In this document: one piece after another, positions 18,102-28,545 of the stretch | Layout: each line of letters starts with the position of its first letter | Position numbering within the stretch: the stretch's first letter is position 1 | From: Candidatus Hadarchaeota archaeon | GTDB lineage: Archaea; Hadarchaeota; Hadarchaeia; Hadarchaeales; JAGGTB01 | Assembly: GCA_964384105.1 (NCBI GenBank) | Contig: CAYLJV010000001.1 | Location: 576,001-640,000, forward strand | DNA length: 64,000 nt | Direction: 5' to 3' | The notes under the pieces: generated by a model | Databases searched by the model: none | Told to the model about the DNA's origin: nothing | The model's input: only the letters and a program-made list of their open reading frames with translations | Program-made: the position numbers and the translations under genes

Positions 18102-19466
18102 ATGACCGAAAAATATGATTTTATCGTTTTTGGAGGCGGTACTGGGAATAAAGTTGCTTCTTATGCTTCAAAAAGAGGTAATAAGGTAGCTCTGATCGAG
18201 CCGGGTCCTCTCGGTGGCACTTGTATAAATCGGGGATGTAATCCTTCTAAAATGCTTATTCATCATGCAGATATTCTCGATACAATCTATAATACAAAAA
18301 AATTTCATATTGACGCTACTGTGAATAATGTCGATTTCGGCTCGATAACTGAGGAAATAAGTGAAACATTGGGGGAGGTTGCGAGACGAATAGGGGTCCG
18401 AAAGAAAGAGGATCCAAATCTGGACCTCTACAAAGAGGAAGGTCGTTTTACTTCTGATTTTGACGTTAGAGTTGGTAGAGAGGTTATATCCGGTGATAAG
18501 GTGATTATCGCTGCGGGAAGCAGACCATTCATCCCTCCTTCGATTAATGGATTAGATAAAATCGGTTATATTACTAGTTCTGAGGCGATGTTTCTGAATG
18601 AAAGACCAGAGGAGCTAATCATCCTGGGTGGTGGATACATCGCGGCCGAGCTGGGTTATTTCTTTGGAAGAATGGGGTCTAATGTTACCATTGTTCAGAG
18701 AAGTGATCATCTTTTGTCTAGAGAAGATCGGGAGATAGCGAAGGTTTTTACGAAGATATTCTCTGACCGGTACAGTGTTTTAACGGGGAGTTCCGTTGTA
18801 GGGGCGAGGGAGATGAAAGATGGATTTTCGATTAAAATCGTGAATCGCGCAGGAAATGAAGACATTATTGAGGGTGATGAGGTACTGGTGGCCCTGGGAA
18901 GGCGGCCTAATACTGATTTGTTGGGCCTTGAAAATACAGGAATTGAAACCGATCAGAAAGGATTTATCAAAACGGACAGTCGCTTGGAGACTACTGTGAA
19001 CAATGTTTGGGCCTTGGGTGATATTGCAGGTAATTTCATGTTTAAACATTCGGCTGACTATGAAGCTAAAGTGGTTATTGATAACGCTGTAGAAGGTAGA
19101 AATAGGGTGGCTAATTACAGTGGTGTTCCTCATGCTATCTTTGCTAACCCCCAAATAGGTGCCGTTGGTTCTACCGAACAGGAGCTTAAGGAATCTGAAA
19201 CTGATTATATCAAGGGTTACGCTAAATTTCGGGATATTGCTATGTCCAGAGCACAGAAGTTTGAGCACGGTTTCGTGAAAGTGTTGGTCAGTCCAGAAAA
19301 TGGCGAGATTCTTGGATGTCATATCTTGGGACATAAGGCCTCGGTTTTGATTCACGAGATCAGTCTTGCGATAAGGAATGATCTAACTTTTGAAGAAGTT
19401 GCAGATTCGATCCATGTTCATCCTACTTTGAATAAAGTTATAGAAAAGGCCTTTGAGAACTTCTAA
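18102..19466 (+). CDS. pyridine nucleotide-disulfide oxidoreductase (dihydrolipoamide dehydrogenase / mycothione reductase-like)
   Basis: GGGTG, GGTCINRGCNPSK redox disulfide, GGGYIAAE, HVHPT. Confidence 0.9.
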   Translation: MTEKYDFIVFGGGTGNKVASYASKRGNKVALIEPGPLGGTCINRGCNPSKMLIHHADILDTIYNTKKFHIDATVNNVDFGSITEEISETLGEVARRIGVRKKEDPNLDLYKEEGRFTSDFDVRVGREVISGDKVIIAAGSRPFIPPSINGLDKIGYITSSEAMFLNERPEELIILGGGYIAAELGYFFGRMGSNVTIVQRSDHLLSREDREIAKVFTKIFSDRYSVLTGSSVVGAREMKDGFSIKIVNRAGNEDIIEGDEVLVALGRRPNTDLLGLENTGIETDQKGFIKTDSRLETTVNNVWALGDIAGNFMFKHSADYEAKVVIDNAVEGRNRVANYSGVPHAIFANPQIGAVGSTEQELKESETDYIKGYAKFRDIAMSRAQKFEHGFVKVLVSPENGEILGCHILGHKASVLIHEISLAIRNDLTFEEVADSIHVHPTLNKVIEKAFENF

Positions 19467-20041
19467 TATTTTTCAAGATACCTGATGAATCGGTCTATCG
19501 TCTTTTTTAGACTTTTAAAACCTTCGTTGTCTTTTATTACCCCTTCTTTTGAATCCTTGCTCCAGAATGTTGCACCCAGATTTGCTCCAAATGACCCTCC
19601 ACTGACGGGAATTATTCCATTCATGATGTAGAAGGCATGTATCTGTGTTAGTGCAGTTTCTTGCCCACCTATTCTATCACCACCAACGGCTATTCCCATT
19701 CCAATTTTCCCTTCAAGTATCCTCTGATCTTTTGCTAGAAGAGCCCTCGTTCTATCCATTACGGCTTTGAGCTTGGCAGATATTCCATTGTTGTATACGG
19801 GAGTTGCGAGTACCAAACCCTTCGATTCTTCGAGAGCAGTAAGTATCGCATTCATCCCGTCGTTGAATGTGCATTCCTCATGTTCTAGACAATAGTCACA
19901 ATGTATGCAGAAGTTTATTTTTTCTTCTCTGAGATTTATTGTAGTCACGGGATGGTTTCGTTTTTCAATCATTTCCCGGGTCTTATCGATTACATATTTA
20001 GTAGCTTCTTCTCTTGGGCTACTGTCTATGCATAAGATCAT
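19463..20041 (-). CDS. iron-sulfur flavoprotein / flavodoxin family
   Basis: SPR, CIHCDYC-5-C, TPVY, GGDRIGGQE. Confidence 0.9.
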   Translation of the reverse strand: MILCIDSSPREEATKYVIDKTREMIEKRNHPVTTINLREEKINFCIHCDYCLEHEECTFNDGMNAILTALEESKGLVLATPVYNNGISAKLKAVMDRTRALLAKDQRILEGKIGMGIAVGGDRIGGQETALTQIHAFYIMNGIIPVSGGSFGANLGATFWSKDSKEGVIKDNEGFKSLKKTIDRFIRYLEKY

Positions 20042-20110
20042 GTGTTTACTGATTTGAATTTCATAACTAAAATACTCGCTGCCTATAACGGGTATTTGAA
20101 AATTCCTAGC

Positions 20111-20347
20111 TTATTCAATAATAACGCTTGTGTTGGTATCGGTGACTCCTTCAACTTTGCCTATTTCCTCTATTACCACGTTCATTAGTGTGGACATATC
20201 ACTGGCTTCCGCCATTACAATTAAGTCAAAAGGTCCCGTAACAATGTGAATGTTTTTTACTCCTTCGATTTCTTCAATGCTTTCTAGTACATTTCTTACT
20301 TTTCCTACACCGGTTGTGACTAATACATATGCTTCAACCATTTTCAT
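20111..20347 (-). CDS. Lrp/AsnC ligand-binding (RAM) domain protein
   Basis: AYVLV...VTGPFDLI...GVTDTNT; paralog of 11001-11228. Confidence 0.9.
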   Translation of the reverse strand: MKMVEAYVLVTTGVGKVRNVLESIEEIEGVKNIHIVTGPFDLIVMAEASDMSTLMNVVIEEIGKVEGVTDTNTSVIIE

Positions 20348-20551
20348 TACCTATAGTTAAGGTTTGTTTTCATTCCTTATTATTTATGATTTTGTTTTTT
20401 AATTAGGTTGCATTTAATAATATCTTTCTATATCTTTAGCTTTTCTCAATTGGTTAATAAATTTCTCAGGGATATTCTTCGTTTTTCCAAAAATTTAAGT
20501 GTCAGATGGAAGTTAAAATTTACCACGTCCTTTTGAGTTAGGGGGGATAAA

Positions 20552-20692
20552 TTGAATGGAAATGGTAGTTGGGAGAATTTTAGCACCGAGGCCCTTTTAA
20601 AGGAAATGAAAAAATATGGGGAGGAAATTAAGAATTTAAAGGCCAGCATTTACGCTATCAAGGCCGAACTGAAAAAGAGAGACGAAATATAA
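20552..20692 (+). CDS. small coiled-coil hypothetical protein (46 aa; not in ORF track)
   Basis: G-rich SD, then TTG: MNGNGSWENFSTEALLKEMKKYGEEIKNLKASIYAIKAELKKRDEI; followed by a T tract. Confidence 0.5.
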   Translation: MNGNGSWENFSTEALLKEMKKYGEEIKNLKASIYAIKAELKKRDEI

Positions 20693-20741
20693 TTTTTCTT
20701 CTACCAATTATTCTAAGAAAATTCTATTTTCGAGATTTAGT

Positions 20742-21359
20742 CTAAATATTTAAATCGATTTCTTCGACCAGTTTCTTGTATCTCTTTCTTATTTTACTGT
20801 TTAAATTGAGGAAGAGCCCTCTTGCCTTCTTTCTCTTTTCTACTTCCAAAAATCTTTTCTTGATTTTATGGCAAGATTCCTCAGTTGGTAGGTTCCAAGT
20901 AAGGTCGTACAGGTCCCTAGCAGTTGGTATTTTTCTATATTGAATCGAGTGGTTAGTTGTGGTGTAAGGTACCCGAGATCCTATTTTCTTTATAGTTTCA
21001 TTCATCAAGATAAGAGACGGGCATTTTATCCCGCTAGCTCCTAAAACAGTTTTTAAAGGATATAGTCGGCAGGCGATTGGTCTCGCAGAATATATCTCAC
21101 AATTGTTTTCTTTTGTTAGAAAGGGGCAGGGTGAAACATGTTTTTTATAACTTATTTCGTCTTTGTCTGCTTTTCCTTCCAGGTATTCTTTTATGAATTC
21201 TATCGGCTCCTTTTTGAGGTATTTAGATGCTTTATCAATATCTCTAAGGGACCATTCGGTTCCTAAATTACTACAACACTCGCCGCATTTGCTACAAACG
21301 AAGGGGATTATTACATCGCCCCAACTTTTGATCCAGAAATGCTGGATTTTGAATATCAT
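20742..21359 (-). CDS. YkgJ-family Fe-S/Zn cluster protein (CxxCxxCC)
   Basis: CSKCGECC...PCPFL....CEIYSARPIACRLYP. Confidence 0.9.
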   Translation of the reverse strand: MIFKIQHFWIKSWGDVIIPFVCSKCGECCSNLGTEWSLRDIDKASKYLKKEPIEFIKEYLEGKADKDEISYKKHVSPCPFLTKENNCEIYSARPIACRLYPLKTVLGASGIKCPSLILMNETIKKIGSRVPYTTTNHSIQYRKIPTARDLYDLTWNLPTEESCHKIKKRFLEVEKRKKARGLFLNLNSKIRKRYKKLVEEIDLNI

Positions 21360-21507
21360 TTTAGGCTATTATTTTTGGTAATGAGGAGATTTTCTATACT
21401 TGGAGAAGGGTGGTATACTGTTCGTAAATCCTCCTCTCAGATACTATTTATCTTCATTATTATGTAGAGTTTTTGGCCAAATCGTGTCCATTAAACTTTA
21501 TTAAAAC

Positions 21508-21527
21508 ATTTGATTAAATATTCAATT
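21508..21527. promoter_or_regulatory. ArsR/SmtB-type operator before cadC-cadA
   Basis: Imperfect inverted repeat ATTTGA-n8-TCAATT between the TATA box (TTTATTAA) and the start codon. Confidence 0.6.
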
Positions 21528-21529
21528 AT

Positions 21530-21814
21530 ATGATTGAGGACAAACTTCTGAAAAAAACTGGAGAAATGTTTAGGATTTTGGGGGACCCAACCCGGCTTAA
21601 GATTTTATTGAATATATCGGATGATGAGAAATGTGTTCATGAAATCGCCAAAGTAACTAAATCGAACATTTCTAACGTTTCGCATCATCTCAGGAAAATG
21701 AAAGACAAAGATCTAGTTGATTATCGGAAGGAGGGGCGTCACAAGTTCTACAAATTGAAGGATGATCATGTTCTCTCTATGATTCGTGAGGGAATAGCAC
21801 ATGCAAGAGAATGA
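21530..21814 (+). CDS. ArsR/SmtB (CadC/CzrA-like) metal-sensing repressor
   Basis: FRILGDPTRLKIL, CVHEIA, SHHLR, DDH...H.xE (alpha5-type site). Confidence 0.9.
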   Translation: MIEDKLLKKTGEMFRILGDPTRLKILLNISDDEKCVHEIAKVTKSNISNVSHHLRKMKDKDLVDYRKEGRHKFYKLKDDHVLSMIREGIAHARE

Positions 21815-23903
21815 AACTGAATATGATTCGTGTCAAGTTTGCGATGATTCTGAAAGTTCAGGTATTTCGGGGAAACTTACGGTCGAATCGGCTAGAGACA
21901 TTTGGAAGAGTGAAAGGGCAATTAAAAACTGGGTTGGGGGAGTGATATTAGGAATCGGTTTTATCTTTTTAATTTTCAGTAGTTTTAATGAATCAGTTAT
22001 AATCTTTAGAGGGGAAATATTTTCTATTTCAGATCTGCTTTTCGTTCTTAGCATGGGGGTTGGGGGTGGAACTATTTTGCGAAATGGGTACATATCATTA
22101 AAGAAAAGAAACCTTACAATAAGCCTTCTTATGAGTGTTGCTATTCTAAGTTCTATCGTAGTGAGCGTTTTTGGAGGAAGACATCTTTTTTTGGAAGGGG
22201 CCACTCTCGCTTTCCTATTTAATTTCGCCGAGCTCCTAGAAGATTATTCGATAGAAAAAGCCCGCGGTTCTCTGAAAGAGTTGATGGATCTTTCCCCGGA
22301 TAAAGCGATCGTTAGAAGGAATGGCGAAAAGGTCGAAATTCCCGTTGAACAGGTTGAGAAAGGTGAGATTGTTGTAATAAAACCTGGAGATCGAATTGCA
22401 GTTGATGGAGAAATAATTGAAGGGAATAGTTCGGTAAATCAGGCTCCGGTTACCGGTGAAAGTATTCCTGTGGATAAACGGGTGGGTGACAAAGTTTATG
22501 CTGGTACGATTAATGAGCAGGGATACTTGGAGATAAAATCTGCCAGTACTGCTGCCGAAAGCACGATATCTAAGATAGTAGAGTTGGTTAGGGGAGCTGA
22601 AAGAAAGAGAACTGAACAGGAAAAGTTTATAGAAAAATTCTCTTCATATTACACTCCCTTTGTTGTGCTTATTGCTGTAGCAATTATTTTGATTCCACCA
22701 TTACTCTTGGGAAGTACTTGGTCTACTTGGTTTATTAGGGGTATTACTATGTTAGTTTTGGCATGTCCTTGCGCTTTTGTGATAAGCACTCCAGTTAGTG
22801 TAGTTTCGGGAATAACTAATGCTGCAAAAAATGGGGTTTTGATATCGGGGGGGAATAGTTTAGAGGCTATGGGAAATGTGTCAGTTATAGCTTTTGATAA
22901 GACGGGCACTCTTACAAAAGGGAAACTTAACGTAACGGATGTAATCCCTTTGAACGGTAGAACAGAGGAGGATGTGATTAAATGTGCATGTGGCGTAGAA
23001 GAGAGAAGTGATCATCCTATTGCAAGGGCTATTGTAAATCACGTGAAGAAGAGTCACGATATTAGCCACGAGCATGGTATTTCAGAGTTTGAAGAGCTTA
23101 GCGGCAAGGGAGTCACTGCGAATTTGGAAGGTAAAAAACACTATGCTGGCAAACCTTCCTTGATAGAAGAACTTGAATTTGACTTGTCTCATGTGCACCA
23201 CTCTTCGGATGATGAGCGGATTAGGGATGAAGCAGAGTGGATGTGTGAAAAAGGAAAATGTTTGAATCTCCTTGAGGAGACTATTCCTAGACTCCAGAGA
23301 GAGGGAAAGACGGTTATCCTTGTCACTGCAGAAAACAAACTTGAGGGTATTATAGCTATTGCAGACGAAATTAGAGAGGAAGCGAAAGCTGTAGTTTCAT
23401 GGTTTAATTCTAGAGGAATAAAAACCGTGATGTTAACTGGCGATAATGAACGGGCCGCCAAAGCGATTTCTGAAGAGATTGGAATCAAGGAATACAAAGC
23501 AGAATTGTTACCTGAAGATAAGGTTAATGAGCTGAAATTATTTTCCGAGAAATATGGAGTTGTCGCGATGGTTGGTGATGGGATAAATGATGCGCCGGCC
23601 TTAGCAGCGGCTGATGTGGGTATCGCAATGGGTGTTTCTGGGACAGATACTGCGGTCGAAACGGCGGATATAGCTCTCCTTCAAGACGATCTTTCTAAAC
23701 TACCGTATCTACAAAGATTATCTCGGAAGGCAAATCGAGTTATTAGAAGTAATATCTATGCTAGTTTGGGTATCAAGGCTTTACTTGCGATAGGTGTGCC
23801 TCTGGGATATGTTTCAATTGCACTGGCAGTCCTTGCTGGAGATGCAGGTATGACTGTCGGCGTGACAGGAAATGCTTTAAGGCTTTCTAGATTGAAGCCT
23901 TGA
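21801..23903 (+). CDS. cadA: P1B-type heavy-metal (Cd/Zn/Pb) translocating ATPase
   Basis: TGES, CPC, DKTGTLT, HP, GDGINDAPAL. Confidence 0.93.
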   Translation: MQENETEYDSCQVCDDSESSGISGKLTVESARDIWKSERAIKNWVGGVILGIGFIFLIFSSFNESVIIFRGEIFSISDLLFVLSMGVGGGTILRNGYISLKKRNLTISLLMSVAILSSIVVSVFGGRHLFLEGATLAFLFNFAELLEDYSIEKARGSLKELMDLSPDKAIVRRNGEKVEIPVEQVEKGEIVVIKPGDRIAVDGEIIEGNSSVNQAPVTGESIPVDKRVGDKVYAGTINEQGYLEIKSASTAAESTISKIVELVRGAERKRTEQEKFIEKFSSYYTPFVVLIAVAIILIPPLLLGSTWSTWFIRGITMLVLACPCAFVISTPVSVVSGITNAAKNGVLISGGNSLEAMGNVSVIAFDKTGTLTKGKLNVTDVIPLNGRTEEDVIKCACGVEERSDHPIARAIVNHVKKSHDISHEHGISEFEELSGKGVTANLEGKKHYAGKPSLIEELEFDLSHVHHSSDDERIRDEAEWMCEKGKCLNLLEETIPRLQREGKTVILVTAENKLEGIIAIADEIREEAKAVVSWFNSRGIKTVMLTGDNERAAKAISEEIGIKEYKAELLPEDKVNELKLFSEKYGVVAMVGDGINDAPALAAADVGIAMGVSGTDTAVETADIALLQDDLSKLPYLQRLSRKANRVIRSNIYASLGIKALLAIGVPLGYVSIALAVLAGDAGMTVGVTGNALRLSRLKP

Positions 23904-23995
23904 AATCTCATAGATTTTAGAGGTATTGTAATTACTTAGTTTAGCAGTTACTATTTTTAGTTGTCTTATTTGCAAATTTCTGAAAATTATACTGA

Positions 23996-24280
23996 TTAAC
24001 ACGTGTCTACTGAGAGTTTTCTAATTTCTTCTAGGAATTCGGGTATTTCGGGAGTAGATAAACTGTAGATTATATTTCGTCCTTCCCTTCTTCTGCTTAT
24101 TAATTTGCATTTTAGCAAGGCTTTTAGATGATGGGAAACCAGGGACTGTTCTTCTTCTAACTCTGCCATTATATCACTAACACATTTTTCTTCGTTCTCT
24201 AGTAGTTTGAGGATTTTGTATCTGATTTCATTTCCAACGCACTTAAGGAGTCTAATTTCGTCTTCTACATTTCCTTCCAC
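23996..24280 (-). CDS. arsR: ArsR-family repressor, divergent from acr3
   Basis: RYKILKLL...CVSDI...QSLVSHHLKAL...RREGR; C-terminal Cys. Confidence 0.85.
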   Translation of the reverse strand: MEGNVEDEIRLLKCVGNEIRYKILKLLENEEKCVSDIMAELEEEQSLVSHHLKALLKCKLISRRREGRNIIYSLSTPEIPEFLEEIRKLSVDTC

Positions 24281-24335
24281 TTTTTTACCCCCACAATATT
24301 ATCATTTCTAGTTCGATATAATTAGTTAATTATAT

Positions 24336-24355
24336 ATATGAATTATCCATCATAT
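24336..24355. promoter_or_regulatory. ArsR-type operator between arsR and acr3
   Basis: Perfect arms ATATGA-n8-TCATAT, same geometry as the site at 21508. Confidence 0.7.
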
Positions 24356-24390
24356 GAAAATAAAATCATATCTTTACAGGTAGTTGTATA

Positions 24391-25467
24391 ATGACAGAAG
24401 ATTCTCTTGGGGAAAGAGTACGGGAGGAAGGTGAAAGTTTAGAACATGGGCTTAGTTTCTTTGAAAAGTATCTCTCTGTCTGGGTGGCTCTTTGTATCGT
24501 GTTCGGGATAATTCTGGGAAGGGTCCTCCCGGTCGTTCCAGATACATTAAGTAAATTTGAATATGCACAAGTCAATATCCCTGTTGCTATCCTGATATGG
24601 TTTATGATATACCCAATGATGGTGGAAATAGATTTCCAAAGTATTTTGGAAGTGAGAGAAAAACCGAGAGGTCTTCTCGTAACGTGGGTTTCGAATTGGT
24701 TGATTAAACCTTTTAGCATGTACCTGATATTTTGGTTCTTTATGACGAGAGTTTTTGATTCGTTTATATCATCGGGATTGCAGAGTGAATATATCGCAGG
24801 TGCTGTGTTACTTGGTGCTGCGCCTTGTACGGCTATGGTATTTGTGTGGAGTTATCTCTCAGATGGAGATTCCGCTTATACCTTGGTTCAGGTTGCAACA
24901 AATGATATAATACTTCTGTTTGCCTATGTTCCCATAGTTACATTTCTGTTGGGTATCGGTGGTATAGCAGTTCCCTACGATACTTTGATTCTTTCCGTGG
25001 TCTTGTTCATATTAATACCCCTAACAGCGGGTTACCTATCAAGAAAACACTTGATTAATAAGAATGGCAGAGACTGGTTTGAGAATAAATTCCTGAAAAA
25101 AATAGGGGATTTAACAATAATAGGTCTGCTCCTGACTTTGATTCTTCTCTTTTCGTTCCAGGGTGATGTGATAGTGAATAATCCGATCCATATAGCACTG
25201 ATTGCGGTCCCACTAATTATACAAACCTTTTTCATTTTCTCTATAGCCTATGGCTGGTCTTTCCTATGGAAGCTTGATCACGAAATAGCCGCTCCTGCAT
25301 CGATGATTGGAGCTAGCAACTTTTTTGAGCTTGCAGTGGCCGTGGCAATTTCGGTTTTTGGAATAGCCTCTGGCGCGGCTCTCGCTACTGTGGTTGGTGT
25401 ACTCGTGGAGGTTCCCTTAATGCTTTCGTTAGTTGGATTCGTAAACAAAACAAGGAAATATTTCTAG
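24391..25467 (+). CDS. acr3: Acr3 arsenite efflux permease
   Basis: FEKYLSVWV, MIYPMM, NWLIKPF, APCTAMV, SNFFELA, GVLVEVP. Confidence 0.95.
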   Translation: MTEDSLGERVREEGESLEHGLSFFEKYLSVWVALCIVFGIILGRVLPVVPDTLSKFEYAQVNIPVAILIWFMIYPMMVEIDFQSILEVREKPRGLLVTWVSNWLIKPFSMYLIFWFFMTRVFDSFISSGLQSEYIAGAVLLGAAPCTAMVFVWSYLSDGDSAYTLVQVATNDIILLFAYVPIVTFLLGIGGIAVPYDTLILSVVLFILIPLTAGYLSRKHLINKNGRDWFENKFLKKIGDLTIIGLLLTLILLFSFQGDVIVNNPIHIALIAVPLIIQTFFIFSIAYGWSFLWKLDHEIAAPASMIGASNFFELAVAVAISVFGIASGAALATVVGVLVEVPLMLSLVGFVNKTRKYF

Positions 25468-25557
25468 CATTGACGATTTGCTTTCGATTTTGAATAAAAG
25501 GAAAATCTAAATAAGGGGTAATAAAAGGGTTTTTCCGGGTTCAATTGAGGGAGATTA

Positions 25558-25746
25558 TTATTCTTCCCAGCTTATTGCGTTTACGGGACAGCCATCAATA
25601 GCCCTCTGGATGGTATCTTCGTCGGCCCCTTCTGGATCTTTTACAGTGGATATTCCTTCATCATCTAGTTCAAAAACTTCCGAAGCCAAGGCAACACAAA
25701 CTGCATGCCCCTGACATTTATCTCTATCGACTACAGGTTTTTTCAA
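25558..25746 (-). CDS. monocluster ferredoxin, CxxHxxC type
   Basis: VDRDKCQGHAVC...GCPVNAI; TTG start after SD GGAGGTGA. Confidence 0.9.
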   Translation of the reverse strand: MKKPVVDRDKCQGHAVCVALASEVFELDDEGISTVKDPEGADEDTIQRAIDGCPVNAISWEE

Positions 25747-25867
25747 AATTTCACCTCCCATGAATTAATCTTTTCTATATCTATTCTATCTTTTGCAAAA
25801 AATAAAAAAGAAAGGTTGTGGGTTGAGGCTAGTTGACAAACGGTTTTCTAAGAGAATCGATTTCTCT

Positions 25868-28168
25868 TCAGTAATAAGCACTGGTGCTCTCTTTAACTTC
25901 TTGACCTATTCGTTTTCCCTGTTTCTTTTCGAATTCTTTGTAAGTGTCGACTATTTCTTCAGTGATCGAACCGTGTATCGATTTCAGGGCTTCTTCAAAG
26001 TTCTCCTTAGTGACCTTGTTGGCCTTTACATCGCTTCTTAGGGCAAGCATTCCGGCTTCTTTGCATACCGCCGCTATGTCCGCACCACTGTACCCATCAG
26101 TTTTCTCTGCCAATTCCTCTAGATCTACGTCCGATGTCAGCGGCATTTTCTCGGTGTGGATTTCGAATATCTTTTTCCTAGCTTCCTTATCGGGTGCCGG
26201 GACCATCATGATTCGATCGAGTCTACCTGGTCTTAGTAAGGCTGAGTCAATCAGATCAGGTCTGTTTGTAGCACCGATTACCATTACGTTTTCTAATTCT
26301 TCCAGTCCGTCCATCTCAGTGAGAATTTGGCTGAGAACTCTTTCCCCTACTTGGGATCCACCTATGGACGTTCCTCGCTTTGGTACCATCGCGTCTATTT
26401 CGTCGAAGAATATTACAGTGGGTGCTGCCTGTCTTGCCTTCTTGAATGTTTCTCTGACCCCCTTCTCGGATTCACCGACCCACTTGGATAGTAACTCGGG
26501 TCCTTTTATTGAGATGAAGTTTGCATTACTCTCCGTGGCCACCGCACGAGCCAACATTGTCTTACCCGTTCCAGGAGGTCCGTAGAGCAATACACCATTA
26601 GGAGCTTTTATTCCAAGATTGTCGAACATTTCTGGATTGTTCAGTGGCCACTCTACCGATTCACGAAGTTTTTGTTTCACTTCTTCTAAACCACCAACAT
26701 CATCCCAGTGGGTGTCTGGAACTTGGACTAGAACCTCCCTCATCGCCGAGGGTTCTACTTGTTGGAGGGATTTTCTGAAGTTCTCTCCAGTGACCTCTAG
26801 TTTCTCCAGTGTTTCTGAGGGGATTCTCTTTTCCTCGAGGTCAATTTCGGGTAGTATATCTCTTAGCGCATCCATTGCTGCCTCTCTGGCCAGAGCGGCT
26901 AGATCGGCTCCGACGTATCCATGTGTGCTGTCAGTGATTTTGTCAAGATTAACGTCATCGCTCATTGGCATCCCCCGTGTGTGGATTTGGAGTATCTCTT
27001 TACGACCTTCTCTGCTGGGGACTCCCACTTCTATTTCACGATCGAATCTGCCGGGTCGCCGTAGTGCGGGGTCGACAGCGTTTACCCTGTTAGTTGCGGC
27101 TATCACCACTATCTTGCCTCTGGCTTCAAGGCCGTCCATCAGGGAGAGTAGCTGTGAAACGACACGTTTTTCCACATCTCCGGTGGTCTCTTCTCGTTTT
27201 GTTGCTATCGCGTCGATTTCGTCTATGAATATTATGGATGGTGCATTCTTTTTGGCTTCCTCAAAGATCTCTCTTATCTTCTTCTCGGATTCGCCGTAGA
27301 ATTTTGACATTATCTCGGGGCCAGCTACGGATTGGAAGTATGCATCCGATTCATTTGCCACAGCTTTTGCTATCAGGGTTTTTCCGGTTCCGGGTGGTCC
27401 ATGGAGTAGAACTCCTTTTGGAGGTTCTATTCCCAGCCTGTCGAAGAGTTCAGGGTGTTTGAGAGGCAGTTCGACCATCTCTCGAACTCGCTGAATTTCT
27501 TTCTCTAGACCACCTATATCCTCATAAGTGACTGTGGGTGCTGCGGCTTCCTCGATTTCGACTGGTTTAGATGAAAGGTTTACCTTTGTTTGTCTTGTGA
27601 CTAGTACGATATCGTCGGGTTTTGCGTTTGTTACTACGAATCGAATTTCGCCAAGTCCGAAGGAGGATGACGAAGGTGAGGCTTCTTTGAACATGTCACC
27701 AAAGAATTGAGATATTATCGAGTCGGCTCCCCATTGAACTTTCTGTTGGAATCCTGTAGGTGTTATTAAGTCGCCTTTTGAGGCCGGTCGGCCTAAGAGA
27801 CTCCTTTTGAGGGCTCTTCCCCCGCCTTGGATTCTAATATTTTTATCGGTGGGAGCTATTGTTATTCTTTCGGCCTCTTTTACATCTGCTTTTTTGACTG
27901 TTACTTTTTCACCGATAGAAGTGCCAGCGTTTTTTCTTTCCAAACCGTCAAGCCTTATGATGTCTAGGCCTTCGTCTTCTCTGTAACTCGATCTGATAAT
28001 TGCTCCGGTTTTATTTGTTCCTTCTATCTCTACTATGTCGCCTTGCTTGATCCCTAATCTTTCCATTCCACTCCGGCTTATCCTTGCCACACTTCTTCCC
28101 ACGTCTTGCTGTCTGCGTGCTTCTGCTACGGTAAGTCGTATTCCGTCTTTTTTATTATCTTCCGACAT
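25868..28168 (-). CDS. cdc48: CDC48/VAT AAA+ ATPase
   Basis: N-domain plus two AAA modules (GPPGTGKT x2, DEID, RPGR); C-terminal HbYX-like AYY. ATG at 28168 follows SD AGGTGA. Confidence 0.97.
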   Translation of the reverse strand: MSEDNKKDGIRLTVAEARRQQDVGRSVARISRSGMERLGIKQGDIVEIEGTNKTGAIIRSSYREDEGLDIIRLDGLERKNAGTSIGEKVTVKKADVKEAERITIAPTDKNIRIQGGGRALKRSLLGRPASKGDLITPTGFQQKVQWGADSIISQFFGDMFKEASPSSSSFGLGEIRFVVTNAKPDDIVLVTRQTKVNLSSKPVEIEEAAAPTVTYEDIGGLEKEIQRVREMVELPLKHPELFDRLGIEPPKGVLLHGPPGTGKTLIAKAVANESDAYFQSVAGPEIMSKFYGESEKKIREIFEEAKKNAPSIIFIDEIDAIATKREETTGDVEKRVVSQLLSLMDGLEARGKIVVIAATNRVNAVDPALRRPGRFDREIEVGVPSREGRKEILQIHTRGMPMSDDVNLDKITDSTHGYVGADLAALAREAAMDALRDILPEIDLEEKRIPSETLEKLEVTGENFRKSLQQVEPSAMREVLVQVPDTHWDDVGGLEEVKQKLRESVEWPLNNPEMFDNLGIKAPNGVLLYGPPGTGKTMLARAVATESNANFISIKGPELLSKWVGESEKGVRETFKKARQAAPTVIFFDEIDAMVPKRGTSIGGSQVGERVLSQILTEMDGLEELENVMVIGATNRPDLIDSALLRPGRLDRIMMVPAPDKEARKKIFEIHTEKMPLTSDVDLEELAEKTDGYSGADIAAVCKEAGMLALRSDVKANKVTKENFEEALKSIHGSITEEIVDTYKEFEKKQGKRIGQEVKESTSAYY

Positions 28169-28184
28169 CTTTTTCACCTTTTAG

Positions 28185-28202
28185 TTGTTATAATTATAAC
28201 AA
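28185..28202. promoter_or_regulatory. 18-bp palindromic operator, copy 1 (downstream of the cdc48 TATA box)
   Basis: TTGTTATAATTATAACAA, a perfect palindrome. Confidence 0.8.
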
Positions 28203-28218
28203 ACCTTATTTAAAGTTT

Positions 28219-28236
28219 TTGTTGTATATATAACAA
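28219..28236. promoter_or_regulatory. 18-bp palindromic operator, copy 2 (upstream of the cdc48 TATA box)
   Basis: TTGTTGTATATATAACAA; the minus-strand TATA box TTTAAATA lies between copies 1 and 2. Confidence 0.8.
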
Positions 28237-28242
28237 ATTTTT

Positions 28243-28515
28243 TTATTTTTCTTCTTTCACCACAAACTTCTTCCATTTTAAGTGTGAGTCGTATTTCCTA
28301 AAGACTTTTATTACTTTTTTTGCGTGTTGTTCGTCCACTAGGAGAGCACTTCTACTAACGAAATCCCATACATCATTAGGAAGTTCGTCTAAGACCCCCT
28401 CGCTGTGTCTTTTTCCCGACTTTGTCTTGTAATTATAGCCTCTGAGTTCTCTGTAAAATAGAGTCGCTGGAGACCCCCTGGATTTGACATCCCAGAGGAG
28501 AAGTATTTTTTTCAT
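28243..28515 (-). CDS. small Cas2/VapD-like (ferredoxin-fold) protein, candidate regulator
   Basis: MKKILLLWDV...FYREL...VSRSALLV resembles the Cas2 beta1 LxxYD and VQxSVF motifs. ATG at 28515. Confidence 0.6.
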   Translation of the reverse strand: MKKILLLWDVKSRGSPATLFYRELRGYNYKTKSGKRHSEGVLDELPNDVWDFVSRSALLVDEQHAKKVIKVFRKYDSHLKWKKFVVKEEK

Positions 28516-28527
28516 TTTCGATCCCAG

Positions 28528-28545
28528 TTGTTGTATATATAACAA
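28528..28545. promoter_or_regulatory. 18-bp palindromic operator, copy 3 (between the TATA box and start of the Cas2-like gene)
   Basis: TTGTTGTATATATAACAA, identical to copy 2. Confidence 0.8.

Noticed and set aside
28243-28515. Calling the small gene a true CRISPR cas2
   Set aside because: No cas1 or array in the window, and the resemblance is limited to two short motifs; kept only as Cas2/VapD-like.
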